Source: Minisyncoccota bacterium
GTDB lineage: Bacteria; Patescibacteriota; Minisyncoccia; Phycocordibacterales; UBA6065
Assembly (NCBI GenBank): GCA_041661645.1
Contig: JBAZUA010000001.1
Location: 125,074-189,073 of the forward strand
Length of the DNA stretch: 64,000 nt
Direction: 5' to 3'
The notes under the pieces are model-generated. The model did not search any database. It worked only from the letters and a program-made list of their open reading frames with translations, and was not told the DNA's origin. How positions within the stretch are numbered: the first letter of the stretch is position 1; every line of letters starts with the position of its first letter. Of this stretch, positions 26,047 through 36,300 are shown piece after piece. The translations under genes and the position numbers were made by a program.

Positions 26047-27930
26047 GTGTATCTCATAAAAGCCATACCCATCGCCCGCGGGATAGGCGCAGACCTACTC
26101 TCGTACTGGAGCCCCTCTGAGGCCCTCCCCGGCTCCGTCATACGCGTCCCCCTCCGCAAGCGCACCGTCGGCGCCCTGGTCCTCTTCTGCCAACCCGCCA
26201 ACGAATCCAAGGCCGAGATAAAGTCGGCCGAGTTCGAGATGCGCAAGATATCGAACATACACGCAAGGCAAATCGTCTCGCCTCAATTTTTCGCCACGGC
26301 CGAAGACCTCGCCCGATACTATGCAGCAAGCGTCGGCAGCGCCCTCTTTGACCTGGTGCCGTCGGTCGCCCTCTCCGAATACGAGTCCCTGCCCGAGGCA
26401 AAGCCCATAACCAAACGAGCCAAGGCCCGCGAGTCCTTCGTTCTCCAAAAGGCGGACGAAGACCGCTACGGGCACTACAAAAGCCTCGTGCGCGAGCGCT
26501 TCGCCCGCAAGGAAAGCGTCTTTATGGTCATGCCCACGGTAGAGGACATAAAGAAGGCCTGCGCCTACTTCGAGAAAGGCATCGAGCCGTATACCTATAT
26601 ATTCCACGGAGGCATCGCCAAGGGCGAAATCATCAAACGCTGGAAGAGGGCCGTCGAGGACGAGCACCCAATCATCATCGTGGCAACCGGGAGCTTCCTC
26701 TCTATCCCCCGCCACGACGTCGGCCTCATCATCGTCGAGCGCGAGAACTCCCGCTCGTACAAAAGCCAGTCGCGTCCCTTCATAGACATGCGCTTCGCCG
26801 CCGAAAGGTTGGCAAAGGAGACTGGCGCAGACCTCATACTCGGTGACTCATACGTGCGCGTCGAGACACTGTGGCGACACGACGAGCTCGAGCTCGTCGA
26901 ATATGCCCCGCTCGCCATGCGATCGCTCTCGACGGCCCGGGACTTCCTCATCGACATGAAGGCGTACAGGAGCGCCAAGCACACCATTCGCATGCTCTCG
27001 GACGAGCTCATACACCTCGTGAAGAGGAACCGCGAGGAAAATGGCCTGCTGTTCGTCTTCGCGGGACGAAAGGGTCTCGCCCCCCAGACCGTCTGCGCCG
27101 ACTGCGAGACGACGCTCACCTGCAATCGATGCAGCGCGCCCCTTTCCCTTCACGGCAAGGACGAGAAGAGGTTCTTCCTCTGCAACAAATGCGGAAACCG
27201 CTCCGACGCCCACACCGTCTGCAAGGCCTGCGGCAGCTGGAGGCTGACCACCCTCGGCATCGGCACCGAGCGAATCGCCGAGGAGATACTGAAGGCCGTG
27301 CCCGAGGCAAACGTGATCGTCCTCGACAAGATGTCAGCCCCTACCCACAGGAAGGCGGTGGAAATCGCCGAGAAATTTTATAATTCGCCAGGCAGCATCA
27401 TGGTCGGCACTGAGCTTGCCCTGCTCTATCTCGACCGCGACATAGACACGACCGCCGTGGCATCCCTCGATGCCCTCTTCTCCATACCCGACTTCCGCAT
27501 CAACGAGAAGATATTCTCGATCATACTGAAGATGCGCTCCCTCGCCCGAAAGTACTTCGTATTGCAGACCAGAAGCCCCGAACAGCCCGTGCTTGCCCTC
27601 GGCGTCAAGGGGAACATCATGGACTTCTATCACGAGGAGATAGAGGCGCGCAAAAGCGTCGCCTTCCCGCCCTTCTCGACCTTCATAAAGATCTCGTACG
27701 CCGGGAAGAAGGAGGACGTGCTCGAGTCCATGGACCAGCTCAAGGTGACCTGCGCCGGATGGACGGTCGACGTCTTCCCCGCCTTCATCGCCACGATCAA
27801 GGGCGAGTACGTCATGCACGCCCTCATCAAGCTCCCCCGCGGCGAGTGGCCAAACGCCGAGCTTCTCGACAGGCTTCGATCCCTCCCGCCGTCATACGCC
27901 GTGAATGTCGACCCGGAGAGTATTTTGTAG
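26047..27930 (+). CDS. priA: Primosomal protein N' (PriA)-like, Walker A and DExH motifs degenerate
   Basis: 627 aa. N-terminal 3' DNA-binding-like region. The Cys4-Cys4 zinc insert CADCETTLTCNRCSAP...CNKCGN...CKACGS and a C-terminal domain are present. The helicase motif I position reads QKADEDRYGHYKS instead of GVTGSGKT. The motif II position reads IIVERENSRSYK instead of VIDEEHDSSYK. Confidence 0.8.
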   Translation: MYLIKAIPIARGIGADLLSYWSPSEALPGSVIRVPLRKRTVGALVLFCQPANESKAEIKSAEFEMRKISNIHARQIVSPQFFATAEDLARYYAASVGSALFDLVPSVALSEYESLPEAKPITKRAKARESFVLQKADEDRYGHYKSLVRERFARKESVFMVMPTVEDIKKACAYFEKGIEPYTYIFHGGIAKGEIIKRWKRAVEDEHPIIIVATGSFLSIPRHDVGLIIVERENSRSYKSQSRPFIDMRFAAERLAKETGADLILGDSYVRVETLWRHDELELVEYAPLAMRSLSTARDFLIDMKAYRSAKHTIRMLSDELIHLVKRNREENGLLFVFAGRKGLAPQTVCADCETTLTCNRCSAPLSLHGKDEKRFFLCNKCGNRSDAHTVCKACGSWRLTTLGIGTERIAEEILKAVPEANVIVLDKMSAPTHRKAVEIAEKFYNSPGSIMVGTELALLYLDRDIDTTAVASLDALFSIPDFRINEKIFSIILKMRSLARKYFVLQTRSPEQPVLALGVKGNIMDFYHEEIEARKSVAFPPFSTFIKISYAGKKEDVLESMDQLKVTCAGWTVDVFPAFIATIKGEYVMHALIKLPRGEWPNAELLDRLRSLPPSYAVNVDPESIL

Positions 27931-27942
27931 TAATCTGGCGCC

Positions 27943-28482
27943 ATGGTAACCATAGTCCAAAAGGAAGACCCTGTATTGCGAAAAATCGCCAAACCCGTTC
28001 CCGCGAGCTGGTTCGGCACGCCTAAGCTCAAGAAAATTCTGTCCGATATGTCCGCCGCCATGGCCACACAGGACGACGGCGTGGCGATTGCCGCCCCCCA
28101 GATAGGCCAGAGCCTTCGCATATTCGTGGTGGCCGGACACGCCCTCGAGATGATATATCCAGAGCTCGGCGACGGCATGCCGGCCGAGGCAAAGGTGCCC
28201 GACATGGCCTTCATCAACCCTGAGATCATCAAGCTCTCGCGGGAAAAGGAGGAAATGGAGGAAGGGTGTCTCTCGGTGCGATACCTCTACGGAAAGACGA
28301 TGCGGTCAAAGAAGGCCCGCGTCCGGGCGCATGACGCGGACGGAAACGCCTTCGAGTTCGGCGGCGCGGGCCTCCTCGCCCAGATATTCCAGCACGAGAC
28401 CGACCATCTCGACGGCACACTCTTCATCGACAAGGCGACCGACGTGCACGACGTGCCGCCGACGGAAAAGCCGGAAAAATAA
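27943..28482 (+). CDS. def: Peptide deformylase
   Basis: GVAIAAPQIG, EGCLS and HETDHLDG motifs. Confidence 0.9.
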   Translation: MVTIVQKEDPVLRKIAKPVPASWFGTPKLKKILSDMSAAMATQDDGVAIAAPQIGQSLRIFVVAGHALEMIYPELGDGMPAEAKVPDMAFINPEIIKLSREKEEMEEGCLSVRYLYGKTMRSKKARVRAHDADGNAFEFGGAGLLAQIFQHETDHLDGTLFIDKATDVHDVPPTEKPEK

Positions 28483-28484
28483 AA

Positions 28485-29333
28485 ATGGAAAAAACACCCC
28501 GCATAGCATTCTTCGGGACGCCCGACAGGGCGGTCATCGCCCTCGACCAGCTCAAACACGCGGGAACCATGCCCGCGCTCATCGTCACCCAGCCTGATCG
28601 ACCCCAGGGCAGAAAGCTCGTCATGACAGCGCCGCTCGCAAAGTCATGGGCGATCGAGAACAACATATCCGTCCTGCAGCCGGACAATCTCGCCGACGAG
28701 GCCTTCCTCTCGATCCTGCGCGCGGGAGATTTTGACGCCTTCGTCGTGGTCGCCTATGGAAAAATATTGAGAAAGGCCGTCCTCGACATACCAAAGCATG
28801 GCTGTCTCAACCTACACGCGTCGCTTCTGCCACGACTGAGAGGCTCATCGCCGATAGAGACGGCGATTCTACGCGACGAGAGGAAGACCGGCGTGACCAT
28901 AATCCTCATGGACGAGCTCATGGACCACGGCCCGATACTCGCCCAGAAAGTCGTCGAACCGGCGACATGGCCTATTTCCACAAGCGAACTCGCCACCCTG
29001 CTCGTGACCGAGGGCGGAAGGCTCATGGCGGAAACCTTGCCACGGTGGATTGATGGATCAATCAAGGCACAGGGGCAGAACCATGCCGAGGCGACCGTGA
29101 CCAAGAAGATTATAAAGGAGGATGGCCTCATGGACCTCTCGGCCGACCCATATCAGAACCTTCTCAAATACAATGCCTACAAGGGCTGGCCATCGAGCTT
29201 CTTCTTCAGGGAGATGAACGGCAAAAGCACCCGCATAGTCATAACCGAGGCGACGCTAGAGGACGGAAAGTTTATCATAAAGAAGGTCATACCCGAGGGC
29301 AGAAAGGAAATCTCGTGGAGCGAGATTCGCTAG
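28485..29333 (+). CDS. fmt: Methionyl-tRNA formyltransferase
   Basis: N-terminal formyltransferase domain (HASLLPRLRGSSPIETAIL) and a C-terminal domain. Adjacent to def. Confidence 0.9.
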   Translation: MEKTPRIAFFGTPDRAVIALDQLKHAGTMPALIVTQPDRPQGRKLVMTAPLAKSWAIENNISVLQPDNLADEAFLSILRAGDFDAFVVVAYGKILRKAVLDIPKHGCLNLHASLLPRLRGSSPIETAILRDERKTGVTIILMDELMDHGPILAQKVVEPATWPISTSELATLLVTEGGRLMAETLPRWIDGSIKAQGQNHAEATVTKKIIKEDGLMDLSADPYQNLLKYNAYKGWPSSFFFREMNGKSTRIVITEATLEDGKFIIKKVIPEGRKEISWSEIR

Positions 29334-29354
29334 AGACAAAGTTGCGGCTTTTTT

Positions 29355-29741
29355 CTATTCCGCCTGTTTACCAAATCCCGGCAGACCTCGCAGCATGTTC
29401 TTGAGCTTGAGGCCGCTCTTGCGCACGAAATCCATGCGTTTTGATTTCCTTGTCCTGAGGGATTCTACGATTTCATCCTTTGCCGCGATGAGCGCGGCAT
29501 GAAGCTCCTCTCTCTCGGCCTCGGCCCTCAAATTGCCTATGCGGGAACGAAAGTTTATCTCGGCACGAAATATATCCCCAGATCGATGATGATTCGTGGT
29601 CTTTGCCACCTCAACGTCGACGAGGACGCTGGTGTCAGACGGGTCGGTGTATTTCTCTATCGACGAAATAACCCTATCGACCGCAGACGTGATGGCGTCA
29701 GAGAGTTCCAAGCCCGTTCCCTTCAGGGTTTTCTTGATCAT
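29355..29741 (-). CDS. hpf: Ribosome hibernation promoting factor / RaiA family
   Basis: 128 aa matching the HPF/YfiA fold. Confidence 0.85.
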   Translation of the reverse strand: MIKKTLKGTGLELSDAITSAVDRVISSIEKYTDPSDTSVLVDVEVAKTTNHHRSGDIFRAEINFRSRIGNLRAEAEREELHAALIAAKDEIVESLRTRKSKRMDFVRKSGLKLKNMLRGLPGFGKQAE

Positions 29742-29813
29742 GATCGTGTTGTTCTTAAGCCTTCTTATACTTGATTATACCATTGTTCAAAGTTACTTGG
29801 TAGAATATACGAC

Positions 29814-30383
29814 ATGATACAGCCATATGCAGAAAGGACGAACGAGAAGATGATGGAAGTCCTCATGAACGCCGAGGCAAAGGGCCCTCGAGTCCATTAT
29901 CACATGATTCGGGGCGGCTCAGACAAGGGAAACATAACCGTCTGGGAAAGCGGCACCATCGGCGGAGAGTACATAAAATCCTACGGCCACTATCATGTGG
30001 GGAAGCTCGACGAGACATATGAAATCCTTTCGGGAGAAGGCTTCGTTCTCATGCAAAGACGAAAGACGGATGCCTTGGGAAACCCCCTTGATGACGAGAT
30101 AGACCGCTTCGAGGCGATACGTGTCACCGCAGGAAGCTCGGTGTTCATACCGAGTGGCACGGGACATCTTGCCGTAAACACCGGGTCAACATGGCTCGTC
30201 ACCCGGGATGATAGCCCCGTCAACTTCGAGGAAGAGGACCCTGCTGGCATGCCGGGTCACGCAGACTATGCGCCATTCAAGAAACTGCGCGGCGCCGCCT
30301 ACTATGTCGTCCAAAAGGACGGCGCCGCCGAGTTCGTCAGGAACCCCCTCTATAAAACCGTTCCCGAGATAGATCTACACTAG
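29814..30383 (+). CDS. Cupin-type (archaeal-type) glucose-6-phosphate isomerase-like protein
   Basis: SYGHYHVG....E and IPSGTGH metal-ligand pattern. 189 aa, the size of cPGI. Confidence 0.65.
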   Translation: MIQPYAERTNEKMMEVLMNAEAKGPRVHYHMIRGGSDKGNITVWESGTIGGEYIKSYGHYHVGKLDETYEILSGEGFVLMQRRKTDALGNPLDDEIDRFEAIRVTAGSSVFIPSGTGHLAVNTGSTWLVTRDDSPVNFEEEDPAGMPGHADYAPFKKLRGAAYYVVQKDGAAEFVRNPLYKTVPEIDLH

Positions 30384-33300
30384 GACCACCCGCACGATGT
30401 GTCGCACGCCATCGTCCGCCAAACTGACGCGCCCCTCGAGAAGTTCCGCACCATTCTCACTCACGCTTCGCACGACACTCTTTGAGCCGGCTGATTTCTC
30501 ATAGGTTATCTCATAGACGGTCTTGCCATATCTGTAGGTAATCACGCAACTCCCCCATTCGCTCGGAAGAGCCGGCTCGAAAGACAGGCTGTCACCCTCG
30601 ACGTGGAATCCCAGCATGAACTGAAGAACAGTCTTGTACATGACGCCCGCTGATCCCGTATACCACGTCCACCCTCCCCTTCCTTCATATGACGGCTCGG
30701 CATAGACATCGGACGCGAGAACATAGGGTTCGACCCTGTATCGAGAGGCCTTCTCAGCGGAATCAGACCTGAGGAAAGGATTGACGAGATCAAGCACTTT
30801 CTTTCCCTCGTCCGCCTGGCCCGCCAGGAAGAGGGCCTGGGCGGCCCAGAGCGCAGCGTGATTATACTGTGATCCGTTTTCTCGGACGCCGGGAGGATAG
30901 TCTTTGATGTAGCCCGGATCGAGCGCAGAGTCACTGAGGGCGGGCGCCAACAATCTCATCGTGGACGAGACACACAGCTTCTCGAGCATGGACCGTAACG
31001 CCCTGTCCCTCTTGTCCATACGAGCCATGCCTGAAAGGGATGCCCATGATTGGGCGACTGAATCTATCTTAAACTCCCTCAGTTTCTTTGAGCCTAAAGC
31101 CGTGCCTGAATCAAGAAAGGCCCGACGATACCATTTTCCATCCCAGGCATATCGATCAATTGATTTTGATATGGCAACAATCCTAGCCCCGTATGAATCA
31201 GCCCTCTCGACGTCACCCCTCTTTTTCGCTATGACGGCAAGACGATCCATCAGGTACCCAAGGAACCATGCCACCCACACGCTCTCGCCCTTTCCCTGAG
31301 CGCCGACCTTGCTTAGACCGTCATTCCAGTCGCTGCGACCAATGAGCGGCAGGCCGTGCGTCCCAAAAACCGAGCTCCTGGAGATGGCCCTGACGCAATG
31401 CTCATAGAGAGACGCCACCTCCTCAGACGCCTTGGGCGTGCCGGCCCACTCGCTCTGATAGGCAAAACTGAGCTGGGGGCCTTCGAGGAACGAGACTTCC
31501 TCATCGAGAATGCCATTATCTCCGGTAACACTCACATATTCGAGGGTTGCGTACACCAACCACAACTGATGGTCTGACAACACGGATCGAACCCCGAAGC
31601 CATTATATTCATGCCACCAGTTGAGCGCGTCACCGTCCCTGAACTGATGCGCGGCGGCATTCAATATAAAGGCCCTCACATCTCGCGGTCGAGACCAGAC
31701 AAAGGCGCTCATATCCTGAAGCTGGTCTCTGAAGCCAAAGGCCCCCGAGGGCTGATGCATGCCAGTCTTTCCCCACACGCGAGAAGAGAGGGACTGATGA
31801 AGCAACTGATCATTGAAGAGGACGTCAAGGCTCTTGTCGGGCGTCTCTATGCGAACGCTATCCGACAAATCCTTCCAATACTCGCTGACTCGAGCCTCCG
31901 AGGCTCCCAGGCGCGTGACATTGCGATGGGCAAGGATCATCTCTCGAGCAGCCTGTCTGCTTTCTGCCTCGCCAAGGAGGAACACTATCTCGCTTTCTTC
32001 TCCCGGCGCGACGGAGAAGACCGTCTGTGTCACGATGCAGTTTGATGAGCCTGAGGTGAGGACATTCGACAGCCCCGCACGCTTAAGGGCCGTTGGCGCC
32101 TCGTATGATCCGTGGCGACCAATGAACTCAGCCTTGTCCGTAGAGACGTCAAACGCCCCCGACGAAAGATCGACGAACGCCACTCGTTTCGCCAGATGAT
32201 TTTTATACCCATTTCCAAACATGAGGGCACCCGTCTCCCCGTCACGTTCAAATAACATGAAGTCCCTCGAGTGCTCGCGGACGGATCCCAAGACAGGCTC
32301 CAGGAAGGCGGTCTCGGAGAGCTTCCTCCCCCTGTTTCCCCGATTTTTCACCACGAGCCGCACCATCTTGACCGTACTATCAAGAGACACGGATATCTTG
32401 AACGAGAAAGAGAGGTCCCCTCGCGAATGCTCAAAGGTCGTATACCCTTTTCCGTGACGAACAACGAAGGGGTGAGGGCTTCGTATCGGGAACGGCGTCG
32501 GATTCCACGTCTCCCCCGTCTCCTCATCGCGAATATAGAATATCTCCGAACTCTTAAACGAGAGAGGGTCATTGTTCCATGCGGTCAGTCGATTGTCATG
32601 ACTATCGACGCTCCAGGTGAACATCGACCCCCGGTGATCGACGGCCGTCCCAAACGATGGTGAAGCGATGATGTTTGACCACGGCGCGGGCGGCTGTGAT
32701 TGTGGGAGCACCCTGATTACATATTCGGACCGTGCCACGTCAAATCCTCCCCAGGAATTATCGAATTCGAGGCCAGAAGGAGGGATATCCGATCTCTTGA
32801 GAGAATATGATTGCGATCGAGACAGGGATGGAATCAGCTTTGCGGGATATGAGGTCTGGCGAGGCGTCTTACCAACCATCGCCGCCTGCTGTTTGAACGA
32901 CCCGTCCTTGCTGTCAATCACGACGCGCGCCACGTGAAGCAACACCGCCTTGTCCGCAGGCTCCATAAGATCTGACTTGAGATGATAGACCTTGCTGCCC
33001 GAGGCGTCGACGCGGGCACTCGCGCTCTGTCTCAAAAGAAAGTCTATCTCGTCATCGAGCGATTTTATATAGCTCGATGGTTCCTGATTGAGGATTATCA
33101 TGTCTATGTCCAGACCCTTATGCTTCCAATAGACATGGCAGAGAAGGGCCTGTTTGACGGTCTGAATGTCCTCGATATCCTTGATGACAAGAACGACCAG
33201 CGGATAATCGCCAGACACTCCGATTTTCCACAGAGAATGGACGTAAGGAAGGTCCGAGGCGGGAACGGAGGACATGCCATACGTCCTTCCGCCAAGTACC

Positions 33301-36300
33301 CTCGAGGCAAGAGCCTGGAAGGCGCCCCCCATCTCCTGAGTGATGCCCAGGGACTTCGTCTTCTCGGCGCTCGTAACAAGGGCGCGAGCGAGCTCGGTGA
33401 CGGCACCTCGACCGCCCTTAAGCTTACGAAGTATCTTGAGAAGCTCATCATAACTCTCGTGTGCCACATTCACGAAGACGAGCCTGACGGAATGATGCGG
33501 CTTGAGGCTTATCGATCGGGACAGAGAGAATATCGGATCGAGCGTATATGGTCGCACCGGCTGTGTCGACTGGTTCTTGTCCAAAAACGCGGGATTCTTG
33601 ATCCCCCCCAGATGACCAAAGAACGTCTCCCTGTCGGCACACGGCACGGGGCGATGCTTCTTCGACGAACTGCCGGTGAGCATATGGGCGAAATATATCT
33701 TTTTCGTCCTGTCGGCAGGGTGGGGGCGCGAGTAGACGAGCGCCCCCACATCCTCGACGAACCAGGATTTGACCATAAGCCTCTGAAAGAGAGGGTGGTG
33801 CGTCTCTTGCACCTGTAAGGCAAGAGAGACCTCGCCGTAGCTCGCAACGAGGAGAGACTCTTCAACCGACCCCTCATTCGTCAATTCGAGCGATCGTATC
33901 TCCGCAGGATAATCTGGATGAGTGGTGATGCCGAGTCTGGCGGAGATTGACCCGTGAGAGACTTCGAACTCAGCCTTGTTCTCGTGAAATACAATCTTGT
34001 GTCGCCTCGAGTCTCCGCCCAAAGGCTTGAGATTCGACGACCACAACGCGCCCGTTCTCATATTCTTTATATAGAAAAACGAGCCGCTCTCCTCGAGGAT
34101 CTGATCATCTCTGTATCGAGTCAGGGCGACATCGCCATACTTCGAATAGCCTCCGCCGGAATTGCTGACCGACACAGAATATGACCCGTTGCCCAAGAGG
34201 GCGAGATGCGGATAGGCGCTTCGTGCGGGGACATATCGCCTGCTCTCAGACCCATCCTCAGAGATGCCCTGGGAAGCCGTGAACGGCAGGCGTGCGGCGA
34301 CCGATAGCGCCGTGGCCGTGGGGGTGGCAGGCATCTTCTCCTCGAGTAGAAGGTCAAGCGAGGCAACACGGGCGTCTGAGTGAAAGAGGTTTCGTATTCT
34401 ATTGGGATCAATGGCGTTGTGTATTCCCAAAAGGGTGAATCCCTGATGATGGGCGTACCATATCTGTATGGGGACGGGTGCCGAGAGACGGACCCCTGAA
34501 TCCATGTAATCTATGGCATCGAAGAAGCCATATTGGCCCTTTCCACCAATCTTAGAGATTCTTCTTAGATTTTTAATCGCCGCACGAGGAACGAAGGAGA
34601 GGGAAAGTGCGGACACGTATGGGGCGATAACCAGATAATCGGCAAGGCCGCGCTTTAATCCCAGGTGAGCGCTGCCGAATATCTGATACTGATAGTGTTT
34701 TGACGCATCAAAGAGATAATAGGCCGACTCCCCCATTCCCCACGGCGTCCTGCTCAACGCGCCATGACGGCGATGAACGGATATGGCCGCTCGTGCCGTT
34801 TTCCCAAGCAGGCTATTCTCATGAGTGTTGAAATAGATAAGAGATGTCAGATACTCGAACAGAGAGCCTCCCCACGAGACGAGACTGATGATGCCCCCTG
34901 TCCGAACGAGCTTCCTGCCCAGATAGAACCAGTGTTTCTGTGGCACCTGATTCTTGAGAACGGCGACGAAACTCACCGAATTAGACTCAGAAGCGAGAAA
35001 GTTATAACAATTGCTGTCTATTTTATCGTATGTGGCATTATGGCCGATATGGAACAAACCCCTCTCCTTGTTGTATAAAAACCCGAAATCCGGCTCATCG
35101 ATGAGCGTGGCGCACTGCCGCTGAATCCCATCGATATCAGCCAGAAACGAACTGGCACGCACGGCTGAACGTCGCAACCCCTTGAGCATGCCATCATACC
35201 AGGCAATGACATACTCCCGGGCGGGCCCGGAGAGGCTCGACTCATGGACCAACCGAGAGAAGCCGACCTGTTCAACGGCATCCGGAAGCTGATGGGCCAA
35301 TCGATCGAAGGACGGGATCTGATTAAGGGTTTCGAGAAGCCCGCGATAGGCCCCCGAAAGATGCGCGTCCTTGGACACATAGGCATCGACCGACGCGTCA
35401 TGGAGGCGAACGTAGGAGAACAAGTACCTCTGAAGCGAAAGCTGTGCCTCGATATCCCGAGCGATGATTTCGACAAGCGAACACACCTGTTCGGCGACCC
35501 TCATGGACTCATCCGCGCGCAGGGACGACGCCGTCTTCTCGAGATCAACCACCAAAGGATGGATCTCCGTGAAAAATCGATAGAAATCAGACAACGACAG
35601 AAGTTCCGATGACGAGCGAGAAATGCCCCGAATCCTCTCGATGCCCATCATGAGATCGCGCAGCAGGCTTTTTGCAGGCCTACCATCCACACCCCGGCGC
35701 GCGAGCGCGTCGACCTCCTCGGAGAGAACCCTCACGGCGTCCCAAAACCCATCGACCGATGAAGGTCTCAGAAGGGGCACGGAAGGAAGCCTAAGGACGC
35801 CCTGCCTGAAGGCTATGAGGGCCAGTATGAAATTGGCGCTATCGACACTCGACACATATCTAGGCGAGAGCGGCTCGAGGGTCTGTATGTCATACCAGTT
35901 GTACAGATGACCCTTGTATCTCTCGAGCCTAAAGATGCTCTCAAGGGCCTTTCTCGACCTATCAATGAAGCGATCCATGGTCAAATAGCCAAGTTCCTGA
36001 GCGGAAAACAAGGACCCAAAGAGCATGCCGAGATTCGTGGGAGAAGTCGTCAGACAATCCTCGCGAGTGACGCTGGGGCGTAACTGAAGATGATCCTGTA
36101 TGAGCCAGTTGCTCTCGACGCGAGGCAGGTCTATGAAATACCTCGCCGTCCGATACGCGGTGGCACGGAGTTCCGAGACGGCCTGCCGATCGAGGATCTG
36201 GTCTCTCGAGCGGGATTTTGCCCTGCTGATGAGAAAGGCGACGCACGGCGAAAACATTGAGGAGGCGGAACATGCCAACAAAACGAGATTCACCGAACCA

